Notes under the pieces: model-generated
What the model was told of the DNA's origin: nothing
Databases searched by the model: none
The model's input: only the letters and a program-made list of their open reading frames with translations
Position numbers and translations under genes: made by a program
Shown here: piece after piece, positions 37,137 to 50,200 of the stretch
How the letters are laid out: each line of letters starts with the position of its first letter
Position numbering within the stretch: position 1 is the stretch's first letter
NCBI GenBank assembly: GCA_048213135.1
Contig: PS015016.1
Coordinates: forward strand, 80,340-144,339
DNA: 64,000 nucleotides
Origin: Reclinomonas americana ATCC 50394
Lineage: Eukaryota
Reading direction: 5' to 3'

Positions 37137-39279
37137 ATGAGTGGAGGCAACGTGCCACCGCCGTCTGACGACACTGGTGACGACAGTCGACACAACCCCT
37201 TCTCCTACCAGCACTACGTGTTCCTCCCGAACGACCCGTCGCCGTCACCAGGAGTGATGCAGGTGGATCATCAACAGTTCTATCCGCCTCCACAACCACC
37301 ACTACCACACCCACTGCCGCAGCCACCACAACAGCCGCTGCCGCTGCAACAGCCACCCCACATTGTGATGCCGGCGTACCAGTCTCCGTACCACCCGCAG
37401 CCACCGCCGCCGGGTAACACCGCCGTCATGTCGGTGGGTTGGCCACACGAGTCCAGTTGGACTCAAAATGGGAGCGTGTTCCCTATCCAGCAGCCGCAGC
37501 CGCCGCCGCAGTATGTGCCCCAACCGGTGAGTGACACACACGCACACGCACACACATACGCACCTCTGCAGTGGCGTGTTCTATTGGTCGCACATCACTG
37601 TGTGGCGAGTGGACAATAAGGAAACACGCCCAGAGACTCTCCTGTGCTGCACTGCACCATAGGCACACTTGCTGGTGTTGCGTGCAGCGTGGTGACACAC
37701 GAACATTAATGCAGAATACGCACACGCACACATACGGCTTAGCGCACATTCATTGCAGCTCTTTTCAATGTCGTCTCTGGTGTCATTTCTTTTGCCTCCA
37801 ACTCGACCACAAACTGATCTCGTGCATCACACCGTGTAAACAGCCTGCCCACTACGAAGCCGTGCCGTATGGACCGGCTCCTAGCCAACACAACCATTTC
37901 GCCAACCCGGGCACTGCTGGTCATGGCTTCTATGCGCTGCCGGCGGTTGGCTATGGTGAGGGAACACGCGGACATGGCGGGTCCCCCACCAACACCGCCA
38001 CCACGTGCACGACGCCAACGAGTACCATGCTGCCTCCGCCACTGCTGCCACCGCAGAGACCGCCACCGCAGCCTCTACCGTCGGCGGCAGCTGATTTCCA
38101 CCAGCCGCAGCAACATGCGCCAGTGGCACTGGCGGACGAGCATGTCCGCGGGCCGTCCGCGGCAGCCACTGGCGCCTTTAGCGGCCTCAAGAGCGAGCGC
38201 TACCCCGCTCCTTTTGCAGGTCACGGCCCTAGCGGTGGTCGTCACCAGTCGCAACCCACCTTCGCGCACCACCATCGACCGTTGCAGCATCACTCTGCAG
38301 AGGTTAGGCGCGGCGAGTTTGACTCCTCCACTGAGAGTGACCCAGCCTTCTCCACGACCATGTCGTACGCGGGTGGTGGTGGTGGTGGTGGTGGCACTAC
38401 TACTGGCAGCAGCAGTACTGGTCTTGTCGGTGGTAGTGGCGACAGTGGTGGTGGTGGTGGTGGTGGTGACCGAGATTCGGACTCTGCAGAGTCCAGCTCC
38501 CTCCAGAGTCCGACGTCGAGTACATCCTCTCGCGGCTCACGTCGTCGCGCTCGCACGACAGCCGAGGCACCGGAGGGCTGGGTCGAGCGCGCAGTCGATC
38601 TCATCAACGGGCGCTGGGTGCGAGAGTTGCCCGCACGGTTCCGCGAGTTCTTCTACTGCGGTGGCGGCAAGAAGTCCTCCAAGCGGCGCCAGCAGGATCC
38701 GCGACCACCGCTGCCACAGATGAGAAGGCCGAGTCGACGAGACGCCCTAAAGGTTCGTGTGTGTGCGTCAGACAAAGTGAGAGAGCGCGACTACTGACAA
38801 CAAGAAGAAAACGCAACTGACGATAACCACTCGCACCGCAGTACGTTAACGAGCGTCTCAACACATCAATTGGCAACGGCAGCGCCAGCTGGCTTCGTGC
38901 GCGCAAGGACGCCCGACTGGACGACAAGACCCGCAAGCATGACGTGCAGTATCTCGAGGCCGAAATGCGCCGACTGCAAGCAGAGGGTTCAATGCCGTTG
39001 GCACCACCGCTGCCACCACGCCGCCCGTCTGCCGCCGCATCCAGTCACAACTCCATGGACGACAGCAACGAGTACGACGACGACGACGATGTCAACGGTG
39101 ACGACAATGATGATGACGACGACGACGACGTGGAAGTGGATGCTGACGTCCAGATGCGACCCTTCCACGGTGAAGACGACCAGCGCTATGCGGATCACCA
39201 CCGCGCAGAGAATGGAGACGAGGAAGACGAGGAGGAAGAGGAGGAGGAAGACGATCGGGACGATGACGGATACAGATGA
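37137..39279 (+). CDS. Pro/Gln-rich, acidic-tailed protein, possible transcription regulator
   Basis: Three exons in frame; low-complexity activation-like regions flank a small basic helical segment. Confidence 0.55.
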
Positions 39280-39333
39280 GTGGTAGAAAAATAATAAGGT
39301 GTTGCGACTGTACTGCTGTGTGTCTCCCAGCGT

Positions 39334-39781
39334 CTACATGCGCTTGCTGGAACCAAAGGTGGAGGTCTTCGGGCCGTGGCGCACTGAGCGGCGTTTGGCG
39401 GGTGGGCGAGGTGGCGCTGCAACGGCCACGAGTTAGCAGATGACGCAGTTTTCACCGTTATCATCATCACATACCGGCGACAACCAGAGGCCTGGTTACT
39501 TCGGCAGCGGCCGCTGCCATTGGGGAGCCTGACACAGGTGCACGTTGCTGTGGCCGAACCTTGGTGGCAGCGATCGGTGGGAAGCGCGACGGAGTTGTCT
39601 ATACCGCTAGTAAGCGTCGGACGAAAACAGGAACGCGGACAACATGAGAGAATCAAGCACGCACGCACCAGTCGCGGTGAATCAGGCCGACTGTCGGCAA
39701 CAGGTGGCAGTTGATCACTGCCACGGCTGCCGATGCTCTGCAACTCCATTTCGTCGCCACTGGATGCAGATGGCCCTGCTG

Positions 39782-39875
<94 letters not shown>

Positions 39876-42800
39876 GCACAAAACAGAAGTGAAAAAACTG
39901 TCAGATGTACGACGCACACCATGCAGCAGTGTGCATACCGCCTGCATGTCGATCGCCGTTGTGTCGTTGGAAAAACAGGGCGTCGTCGGATCCGCGACGA
40001 GGGTGCTGCGCAGCTTCCGCCTACCAAGACGCACCATATATGGTAAGTCGAAGAAATGATTGGAAAAGATGCGAGGCGGTGTGGTAACCTGACGGTGAAC
40101 CGGCGGTGGCGGATGTGCTATTTTCTTTAGGTGCTCCAGGCGTGCGATAGGATCTGTGCGCGCGGAAGTGAGTGGTACTACACGAGCGCATACAAACACG
40201 CACATGCACACACCTTGCATTTTCTTCCGCCGCTCCTTTCCATGTGCAAAGTACGCAAAGCGTTTGTCGCGCATCATCATGGCCTCCACCACTGCGGGGT
40301 CCGAGATGTGCCTACCCCCATGGACACGCGTCGTCAATAGAGAGCAGGCACGCTTTTCGGCAAACATTCAACAAATGCGGGATGGATTACTGCATACCAT
40401 TCTTCGGCGAGTTGTTTCAGTCGCTCAGCATGCCGTGCGGCAGCCTGACTGCTCGTCTCCGACTGGAATGACTGGTCGGTGGCCCCACTCAGTGGTGTAT
40501 GCTGCGAGCGCGACGAGGGCATGCTGTGGGGCATTTGCGAAGGCATGTGCGAAGACAAGACGGGTGGTGGTGGTGGTGGTGGTTGCAGCTGATGATGGTC
40601 GGCATATGGATCGGTGCGGAGAGCGTCGGCTTGTGATGAAACATGCCACGATGGTGGCATGTTCGGGGCGGCGGCGGCGGCGGTGGCGGTGGCCAATGGT
40701 CGCGGTGGTGCGGACATGTCGTCGTCGTCGTATAGCCATCGTGGTGGTGGTGGAACGCCGGGAATGTTGAGCGAGAAGCCATCGATGGTACCCTCGGGCA
40801 TGAAGAAGCTGGAGCGTACAACACACATAGTCCGTGGTGAGGGCAACATTTGTGGAGTGTCTCATACCATAGCATGCAACACACCTTTCATCGATTTCCG
40901 CATAGTCAAAGTCATCGTCGTCTTCGTACTTGATGCCGGCGAAGCGCTTGCGCACACGATAACCCCGCCATGCTGCTTGGATAGCCACGGCGGCCATGGC
41001 ACGCAACTCCCTCCACTCGGCCAAATGCTTCTTGACCTGCGCAAGGGGTCAGTCGCGTTACAGCCTCAGCACGCTGTTGAGGCGCGCTATGCGCAACGAA
41101 TTGTCGGGTCGGGCAGGCGTGTCCCCTCCACGCGGCTTGGATGCGAATCGCGGCCTCATCCTGGGCGGGAGACGAAACGTGAGACATGCAAGTGCACGGA
41201 GAACAGTGCACGATGGATGTACATACCAGCCGTCGGCCACGCAGTTGATCCTTGTTGGCTCGCCAGAAGCGCTGAATGCGCAACGTGGCCCGTTCGCGCA
41301 CAAACGTGGCCTGTCGGTCACGATACCTGCGTTCCGCGTGGTGAGTACTTTGGGGAGTGCTATTGGCTTCCAGCGCACCACGCAACGAGGTGCAGACGGT
41401 GAAGCAGCTCTGGTGTTCGCGTGCGTCAAAATACACCTGCTGCCGCAGCTGCGTATGCAACATCTCGTGCAGCTGCTGTGCATGCTTGTGTTCCCGGTCG
41501 AGCCGAATACCGCACAGCTCCTGAGCCTGCAATTAATGGAGGAAGAGACTTGTGGTGAGAAGCAACGCGCTACTGACACCGACACGCCACGCAACATCCG
41601 CCTGTCGGTCACTGGCCAAGCGCGACAATTCACGCTTGTGTACACCGCGCAGCTGCTGTCGTTCGTGCACTTGATTCGCACTCATGTGGTCCAGAGTCGC
41701 CGCGGTCCAACCTGCGCACAAGAGTTAAGTTGCCACATGTCTTCATTGCCTGACTTGAGGTGAGGAAATACCTGCAGCTATCAACTGGGATGGAATCGCA
41801 ATGGCCACCACATCTTCCCAGCGAGCGTAACTGCGATGGAACAGCGGTCGCCGCTGCCGCAGTGCGCGGGCCACCAAATGAACACTGCGCGCCACAACAA
41901 CAATAGAGAGATAAGGAGACGCCTCACACAGTACTGTGCCCACCACCACAGAGAATCACCTCTTGGCAGAGCGTTGCAAAAACGCCGACTCGGCCGACTT
42001 GCGAGCCGACCGCGTCACCTCCTCCGTGTCGAGCTCAGTCAGGCTCGGCAGCGTGGCAATCACCAGTCGTCTGTACAAAGGATCCTCGCACACAGGATTG
42101 TCGTTCACTTGCAACTCGGCGAGGCGCGGACAGTGAGACAGTGCGGCGAGGAAGTGAAAGTCGGAAATGCGGTTAAAGCTGCGACAATATCACTCATGTG
42201 AGACACATCACCTCCAACATGTCACATAGTGCGCGTCCAATCGCAACGATAGATTGCAAGTGCGCAGCGACACACAGTTCTGCAGCGCGTCCACGCGTGA
42301 GATGGAGTTGTCGTGCAGGTGGAGCGCCGTGAGAAGCGGATGGTACGGCAGCGGCGGCGAGCGTGTCAATGCATTGCCGTTGAGCCACAGCTCACTCAAC
42401 ATCACGTTACTGCGATATCGCAACAGGTTTACGTGAGCAAGAAAAGACTAAGCAGGAGCAGGGAGGAAACAGTAAACACACAAACCGACTTAGGTCAGGG
42501 CACTCGGAGAGGCGATTCTCATACAAGATGAGCGTAAGCAGGTGGTGGTTGGAGTAGAAAATGGCGCGCTCCTGCGACAGACAATGTCAGCACACTGGTT
42601 TTCACCTAACCGGATGACATAGCAGCGCAATCAACCAGCTGCGTGAGTCCATTGCGACCGAGATCAATGTACTGCAGCTGCGGCAGGCTCTTGATCACTG
42701 TCGGATTGACGCTCTCGAGTTGATTGCGATACAGTTTGAGTGTCTTGAGCCGCAGACACTTTTCCAAGCCTGCACAAGTGACTGTCAGCGTCCATGTACC

Positions 42801-45800
42801 GCCTTGCAAACACACGGGCGTGCTGAAACACACCTTCGACTGATGTAATGCGATTGTCTTCGGCAGTGAGCGACTCCAGAGCGGCAGCGCATCCCTCGAG
42901 ACCCTGCAGGGATCGGATCTGATTGATGGACACGCGCAGGGTGCGCAAGACCCGCTGTCTCTCGAGACCACCGAGTTGAGTCAGCTTGTTATCGCTCAGT
43001 ACCAACTCCTGCACGGCGCAGTGTCAGACTCAAGTCGCTGCTGTAGTGGCACACACATCGTCGTCACCTCCAGCGCTTCAAGACGGGAGAGACCCTCAAT
43101 GCGCTGCAACTGGTTGGCGTTCAGCTCCAGCGACCGCAAATTCACAAAACTGCATGCACACACAGTGTGTGACCAACGAGTCGCAATCGGTCGGTCGCCT
43201 TGTGCACGAGTTTCATGCTCACCTGTCCAAGCCACGACCAATGGCCGTGATGTTTTCCACGTTCAACTTGACTTCGGCGACACGCTGTGGTGCCACAGTC
43301 CCGTAGTGCAACGACAACAAAAACTCCAAATCACTTTCGTCGGCGCCAGTCGACGATGCAGTCATGGGCCGTCTATTACACGGAGAAGAAAAAGTGTGAG
43401 AACGTGGTGGTGACGAGGAGCCAAGCGGCTCGGCGATCAACTGCACCCGTCATTCATCGACTCCAGCACCGACAGTGAGCGCGACGCGCCAGCAGAGCGT
43501 TCTGGAGTGCCAACAAGTGCTCCCACCGAGGCCGAGACGGCTGTCCGCAGGAACTCACGCACAACACTCTCGACCAGCGTCCTCCACTGACGCTGTCCGG
43601 TCTCCAGATTCTACCAGCATGCAACATAAGTACATGTACACACAGCAGGCGACCAGGTGCACAAAAGTACCTGCAGAGCAGCGGGGAGCACCCACGCGAT
43701 ACCACCGCGCTCGATCGACGCGCCGAACAGTGCTGCACCAGGGGTGCGCACACAACACAACAGGGGCGGACATGGTGCGCCAACTGCCAGTATTGTCGGT
43801 CGTGAGGTGCCTCGCGCTGACACGGCTCTGACCGCAGCGACTTCAACACGCCGAGCCACATGGTGCGCATGTGTTGTGGAGTCGAGCACAGGTAGAATGA
43901 GCGCAAGCCGACGACGCTCGGCCTCCGCCTCCGCCTCGGCACGCAATCGTTCAAGCTCCCGCTGTTTGGCTGCCTCGGCCCTCCTCCTCTCCTCCGCCAA
44001 GCGCGCCTCTTCCGCCTTCCGAGCCTCCTCTGCGCGCTGAGCCTCCTCGGCCTTGCGTGCTTCCTCGGCTTTGCGCGCCTCTTCGGCTTTCTTCCGCGCT
44101 GCCTCCTGCCGTTCTTGCTCCTCGCGCTCCTTTCGCTCGACCTCCTCTTGTCGCCGTCGTCGCTGCAAGTGCGCGAATACGTGTTTTGTGATTCAACACA
44201 GCACAAAGCAGTTACCGTCTCGAGAAGAAGAATACACACTGACCTCCATCTCCTCACGCAGCCGCCGCTCTTCCTCTGCACGACGTTCGCGCTCCATTCG
44301 CGCTGCCTCCTGCTTCCGTGCCTCGGCCAGCAGCCGCTCCTGCTCCAGTCGTGCGGCCTCCTCTTGCCGACAACGTTCCGCCTGCACTCTCTCTGCTCGC
44401 CACATATCCAACTCGGCCATGTACGCGCGCAGTGCCTCGACGTTACGCTGCTGCTCCTCCTCTCGCTCCATGAGGTACATCTCGCGAGATCTGCAGAGCC
44501 AACACGTCAATCAACCCCGATACTCCGCCTCCTGGTTGTGAATGCACGCATACGAAACTGTCGAAGTCGCTCCCCCTCGGCCGCATACTGCACATCCAGC
44601 TGGAGTCGCTCTATCTCTCGGAGTGCGGCCTCTTCGCGCTGGCGCTGTGCCTCCTTTTGTCGCTGCTGGCTTTCCAGCTGTGCTTGCCGATACTCTTCCT
44701 CCACCAGCTGCCGCTTCCGCTCCAATTCACGCTCCTGCTCCTCGATTTTGCGCCTCCGCTCGACCTACACACATTATCACAGACACAGAGAGGGTTGAGC
44801 GGTTGCGCCAGCGACATGTCGGTGCTGCAAAAGGGAGCAGACCTCGAATGCTTTTGCTTCCTCCTCGAGTTTTCGTCGACGCTCTTCCGCCTCACGCTCA
44901 CGACGCGCACGCTCCTCCTGCCGCTGTCGTTGACGCTGCTCTTCATGTTCCCGTGCCTCTGCTCGTCGTCTCATCTGCTCCAGCTGCAACCGCAGAGCAG
45001 GATTCGTTTCCAAATCATCGGCGTCGAGATCCATGTCAGCGGGGAGCAACGGCGAAGCCGATGATGAATGTACGAGCGAGGCCGCTGCGTTCGGCAGCAT
45101 CGTTGTCGTGATAGCAGCCAGCGACGCTGTCGATGGTCGGCTGGACTCGGCGAGAGGTGTACTCTGCAGTGACGACGGCGTGAGACACAAAGCTGCACGG
45201 CCTGTTTGCTCTTCCCACCAGCAGCACCTGTCGAAGCGAACGAGCACTCGTCGCAGCCGCTGACCGCGCACTCGCGTCGGTGGGACCGGCGGGAACACCG
45301 CCAAACACGTCAAACTCATCACTCGTGGCCGACGACGACACGTGAGTGGCGGCAGTGGGCGGCCGTGTTGATGACCACTCTGCGCGCGCACACAACAACA
45401 CCAACACTGCATGAGCCGGCGAGAGTGGGCAACATGTCAAGCGTCCCGCAGCAACGCAACCGAACGAGTCGCCAGTGGCCGGCCGACTCGGCGGTGTGGC
45501 CAGCATGCGCGGACAGACCTGGCCCAACTCATCCAACATGGACTCCACACGGCGACTGTTCTCCTCAATCCGTCGCTGCCTCTCCTCCGCCAAGCGCGCC
45601 ACCACCTGCACACTCTCGCGCTTCTGCCGCAGCTCAAACTCTGCGGCGGATCAGCAAGTCAATGACAACTCACTCTCATACACGCACGAATGACCAACGC
45701 CACCTTTCTGCACCGACTCACGCACTCGATCGCGCAGTCTCTCCATGCGATCCGGCGCATCCAAGTCAATGCCCAGCGTATACGACTCTGGCAGCACCGC

Positions 45801-46061
45801 CGACGCCTCTGAGCACATGGACTCGCCATCGTCATCATCGTCATCATGATCGCCACTACACGCGCACACATACACACACATACGTGAAGCGAGGAAGAGA
45901 AGAGTGAGAACCACCTCACCGTTTGTCGGTCACTCCCATTGAAAAAAAACAACACCCTCGTTCACTCACCGTGCTCTGGGTGGCCGTGAACTTACATTCG
46001 CCACTGCCTGTGCCATGAGCGCCTCCAGATCGTCATCATCGTCGTCACTCTCCAGCGCCAT
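39334..46061 (-). CDS. LRRIQ1: Leucine-rich repeat and IQ motif protein (LRRIQ1-like)
   Basis: E/R-rich coiled coil, SDS22-type LRRs (LRSLELNANQLQRIEGL), IQ motifs (IQAAWRGYRVRK), DDDDFDYAEID and LAEEW C-terminal motifs. Confidence 0.8.
39783..39873. repeat. (CA)n microsatellite (intronic)
   Basis: Perfect dinucleotide run. Confidence 0.95.
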
Positions 46062-46165
46062 CTGCGTCAGTGCAGGGCCGGTGTGCGCGCACGGATTGAC
46101 AGGCGTTCAGCAAAGTGTGAGTCACCGCCATCATTTGTCCACAGTTGGCGCGCGGTCTGTGAGAG

Positions 46166-47186
46166 ATGGCTTCCGGCCTCAGCGTTGCGCATATGCAGTG
46201 CGTTCTTTCTCCCCTCATGTCACTCACTCTGCGTAATGCATTGCTTTGCATGTGCAGGTCCGACTGGAATCACCACTAGGTAGACGCATTTTTGCATTGC
46301 ACCTCTCTATCTCTCTCTCTCACACACACGCACGTGCGCTCTGTTGCAGCTGTGGTGAACCGAGCGGTGGAAGAGTACAACTCGGGTGTGCCTGCCAAAC
46401 AGCAAGAGGTGGCCGCCTCAGTGTTGCGTCGCCTGGCGCTGCTCAAGAGCGGAACTGTCAATGCGCCGGTCAGTCAGCGTCCCCTGTTGTTGTTCTTATC
46501 GACTCTGAGTGCGGTGCTGTGCAACAGGATCGTGTGCACTTTGTGTCGCTGGCGCTGCTCTGTCGCCGGATTCCGGAACTGTTTCGTGAGGAGGGAGTGG
46601 CGAATGCGTTGCTGGCGTCGCTGCGACCGGGCGCCATCAAGAAGGGCTCGCCGGTGTGCATGCTGATCACGGCGCTGCTGATGAGGGCGTTTGATACGGA
46701 GCCTGAGTGGCCACTGTCGTTTGTGTCGGTCTACTTGGAGGATCTGGTTGGCCCACAGGTGCGTATGTCCTCGCCTCCCCTTTTCACGGAGGAGCAGCGT
46801 CTGAGCTGTGGAGTTGGCAGGCGTGGGCCGATCTGGAGCCATCTGCACGCTTCTGTCGCAACATTCGCACTGCATTCTGCACTCCAGAACAAGTGCTGGC
46901 CATGCAGCGGCAGCAGTTCGATCAGGTTTCGTTGCTGGTGATTGCACACTCTCAGTGTGTTTGCTGCAACTTGCTGACTTGATGCGGCGCGTCGCCAGGC
47001 GGTGCAAAGCATTGTGGTGCCGGCGTTGGCAGCCGGCGATGCAGTGAGTGCCTTGAGCAGTCCGTCAGACGTGCCGTCGGCCGTGGAGACAACAATGCTC
47101 ACCAGGGAGACGGTGGACATGTCGGGCGTGGTGCGCAGCTTTGCATCTGGCCATGGGAGAACGGGGTGTGTTTGCTGACTGTATGG

Positions 47187-47218
<32 letters not shown>

Positions 47219-50200
47219 GTACAGGTGCCCATGAGTGGCATTGTGGTGCAATCGTCGTCTGCGTCGTCGGTACCACCTCCACCTCCCACAGCGACCTTGA
47301 GTGCCGGTGTGGCCGCCGCGGCCCGACCGTCGGCTGCCGCCCTGCTTCTTCGTGGCTCGGCTCCGCCACCGTGCGTCGTTGTCAATTGTTGTTGTCGTCG
47401 TGTTGACTCTACGGCCTGACACGGCAGTGTGCGCACAGACTCGGCGAAGTGTCTCCGTTTGCCGCGGCCCTTGGTGAGTGATTTCTGTGCCATTTTTTGC
47501 TGCTGCGGATTGTTGAGCTGAGTGTTGAGGAGCAGCTTCACCAGGCGTTCGCGATCGCTTTGCGGTGGCTCGTGCTGATGGGAGCCTCACAGCCACCGTG
47601 CTGCGGCACCTCGAGGTGCGACGAATGGTGGTGGCGCTGCTGTGATCGAGTGTGATTCGCTCACCTGCGTTGTGACTTTGTGCAGAGTGCAACTCAGCGA
47701 CTGCAGCAACTCGACCGCAACGGACAACAGTTCGCACAGTACACGCAGGAGTCGAAAAACGTGTTGCGCATTCTGATGATGGCGGCACATGTGCCGCAGG
47801 CTCGTATGCAGGCCATGCCGTACTTGCCAGGTTGGTCGGCACGGCGACGCGCGAGACGAATTCACTGCTCACGTCTCCTTCGTTGCAGCCTGGTTCAACA
47901 TGCAGGCATTGTCGCGCACAGTCCGCGAGTACATGGACCGTGCGGTGGCCCTCACCACGGGTGAACACCCCAGCGACTTTGACATGCTCCAGCTCCTGCT
48001 GCAGTATGCGTTCACGAGACCAGCAGAGCAGCACCCGATTTCGCTCTCCGGTGCGTATCTACGCCTCCTCGATGTGGTTGGCTTTTGCAGCTAAATTCCC
48101 CGTGCTTCGCTCTGCAGACATGATGCTCTCGCCGCTTGCCGAAGCGTGTTCCAGGTGGGCGCATGCCCTCATCACGCGCGCGCAGCCTCTGGCGAGCTTT
48201 GGTGCGCATCGTTTCTCGCGCCATGTCGCTCTTATTTTCCCTTATACTTCCTCTTCCCTGCAGCCATGCGCTGCACTCTTCTCAATGAGCTTAATGCCGA
48301 GCGTCACCCGCTCAACATGCGCATGCTGGTCACCGTATTCCGTGAACTGCCACCTGGTTTGTGTGATGGGTAGTAGTTGAGAGAGTGCATGCAACTGCGA
48401 CGTAATCATATCTCTCGTGTCGTGCAGGCAAGGCCGAGGCCGATTTCGCCTATGTCATGCAGGAGTTGTGCGCCACTCCGTCGTTCCATGCACCGCTGGG
48501 CGAGGTACTCCTCCGCTTTGCGCAGACTCTCCATCAATACGGCGGAGGTGTGTGGCTCTCACTTCACTACGGCGGCCTGTCTGTTTCACTCCACCAACTG
48601 ACTTTTGTGCACCTCTTTAGTCTCCTTCCAACTCCGTCCCATGTGCGCTGGCCTCACGCTGCACCGCGTGGAGATGCTTACGCAGCCACCAGAAGACCGC
48701 AAGCTGTGGCTTTTCGCGCTGGCTCATTTTATCGCGTTTTTCTCGTTTTTGCGCGCCACGGCTGCCAACATCAACTGTTGCGTGCAGCACACCAAGTGTG
48801 TGCGCGTGCGTGTGGTTGGCGCTGAATCGCATCGCTCACTCATACCATGAGTGTAGGGCGGGAGTTTCGCGAGGAAGTGCTGCTCGTACAACTGGACGCA
48901 CTCAAGTGGACACACGAAGTGGTGCCACTCCACAACGCCGAACGGCATCTGACGCAATCCGAGGCTGCGATCTTGATTGCCAAACTACTTCTGTTGTGTC
49001 CGCCCTCTGCCGTCTTGATTCCAGCTGAGGTACGAGTTTGAAGTCGCACTGTCGCTTGCCAAACGTGCTGCAAACATCACGATGACAACAACAACAATTG
49101 TAGCGCTTTGGCGAGGCGGATGCTACCTTGTTCCAGAGCGCCTTTTCACAATTGCCTCTTCTGGAAGATGTGCTGATCGAGCTCATGTTTGTCACGTACG
49201 TTGCTGTCGCCGGTGCAGCTGCTGGTCTCTGCCACTGTGTTTTTAAACTTGCCTTGTTTTCGCGTAGTGTACGCAACAAGTTCCTGAGTGAGGACGACTG
49301 CCTGCAGTTCACCGAGGAGGTTCTGCTCCGCGCACTCGAGTACGAGGCTTCCACGCGTCCCACACCCGCCACTCCACCGAGACCATGCGTGTCGATGCAG
49401 AATCACTCGGTGTACTTCAAGGGCCTGTTTGAGAAGCTGCCTCGTTGCGTTCAGCATCTTGCTGTCCCCGCCAAGTGTGGCTTCTCATCGCAAGACGACA
49501 CAGTGTACAAGTTGCCGGACTTTGGCGGCGAGAAGCTCGAGCCTCCAAAGAGCGGTGGCCACATTTATCGACGTGAGGCTTATATGCGAGCGTGTCGTGT
49601 TGGTCTGCTGTGCGCAGCGGCCGACTTGGGCACTGCGGCGAGCTACTTGTGGGAACAGGTGTGTGGGCGCCCTCCCCCTCTTTCTCCATCTCTGTTCGAG
49701 CTCACCCGAAAACAGCATCACACGGTTCGTATGCTGATGGAACGGTGCATCATGAGCGACTGGGTGGTGGACGAGACGACGGCGGAGAGTTCTGTGGATG
49801 ATGAAAAGGTGCGTGTGTTGTGTGTTCCCCGTTCCGAGCTGTGGTCGCGCAGTTGATTGTCTCGTGCAGGCCATTAGCCTGTGGGGCACATATCTGGTGG
49901 AAAAGAATCGTTTGTCTCCTCTTCCCGCTCTCCGCTGCTCGTGCCAATGTCTGTCTCATTCTCCATGTCCAGACGAGCACGAGCTGGGACTCGCCGACTT
50001 TGAGGTGGTGGATCCCAGCACGTGGAGTCAGCAGGTGGTGTTTTGCAAGACGCCGTATGCATTGACACGGATCGATGCCGAGTACATGAGTAATATTGTG
50101 CGCTTGGAGGAGCGGTTGCGTCTCGGGCGTCGACTGCGAACAGTACGTGCGCCCGGTACGTATGCCGTCGTTGCTGCTTCACACACCGCCGATCGAAAGA

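Noticed and set aside
38752-38847. aaG|GTTCGT...CCGCAG|TACGTT resembles a [D1,2] stwintron
   Set aside because: Simple splicing already gives an open frame through to the stop at 39279, so nesting is not needed
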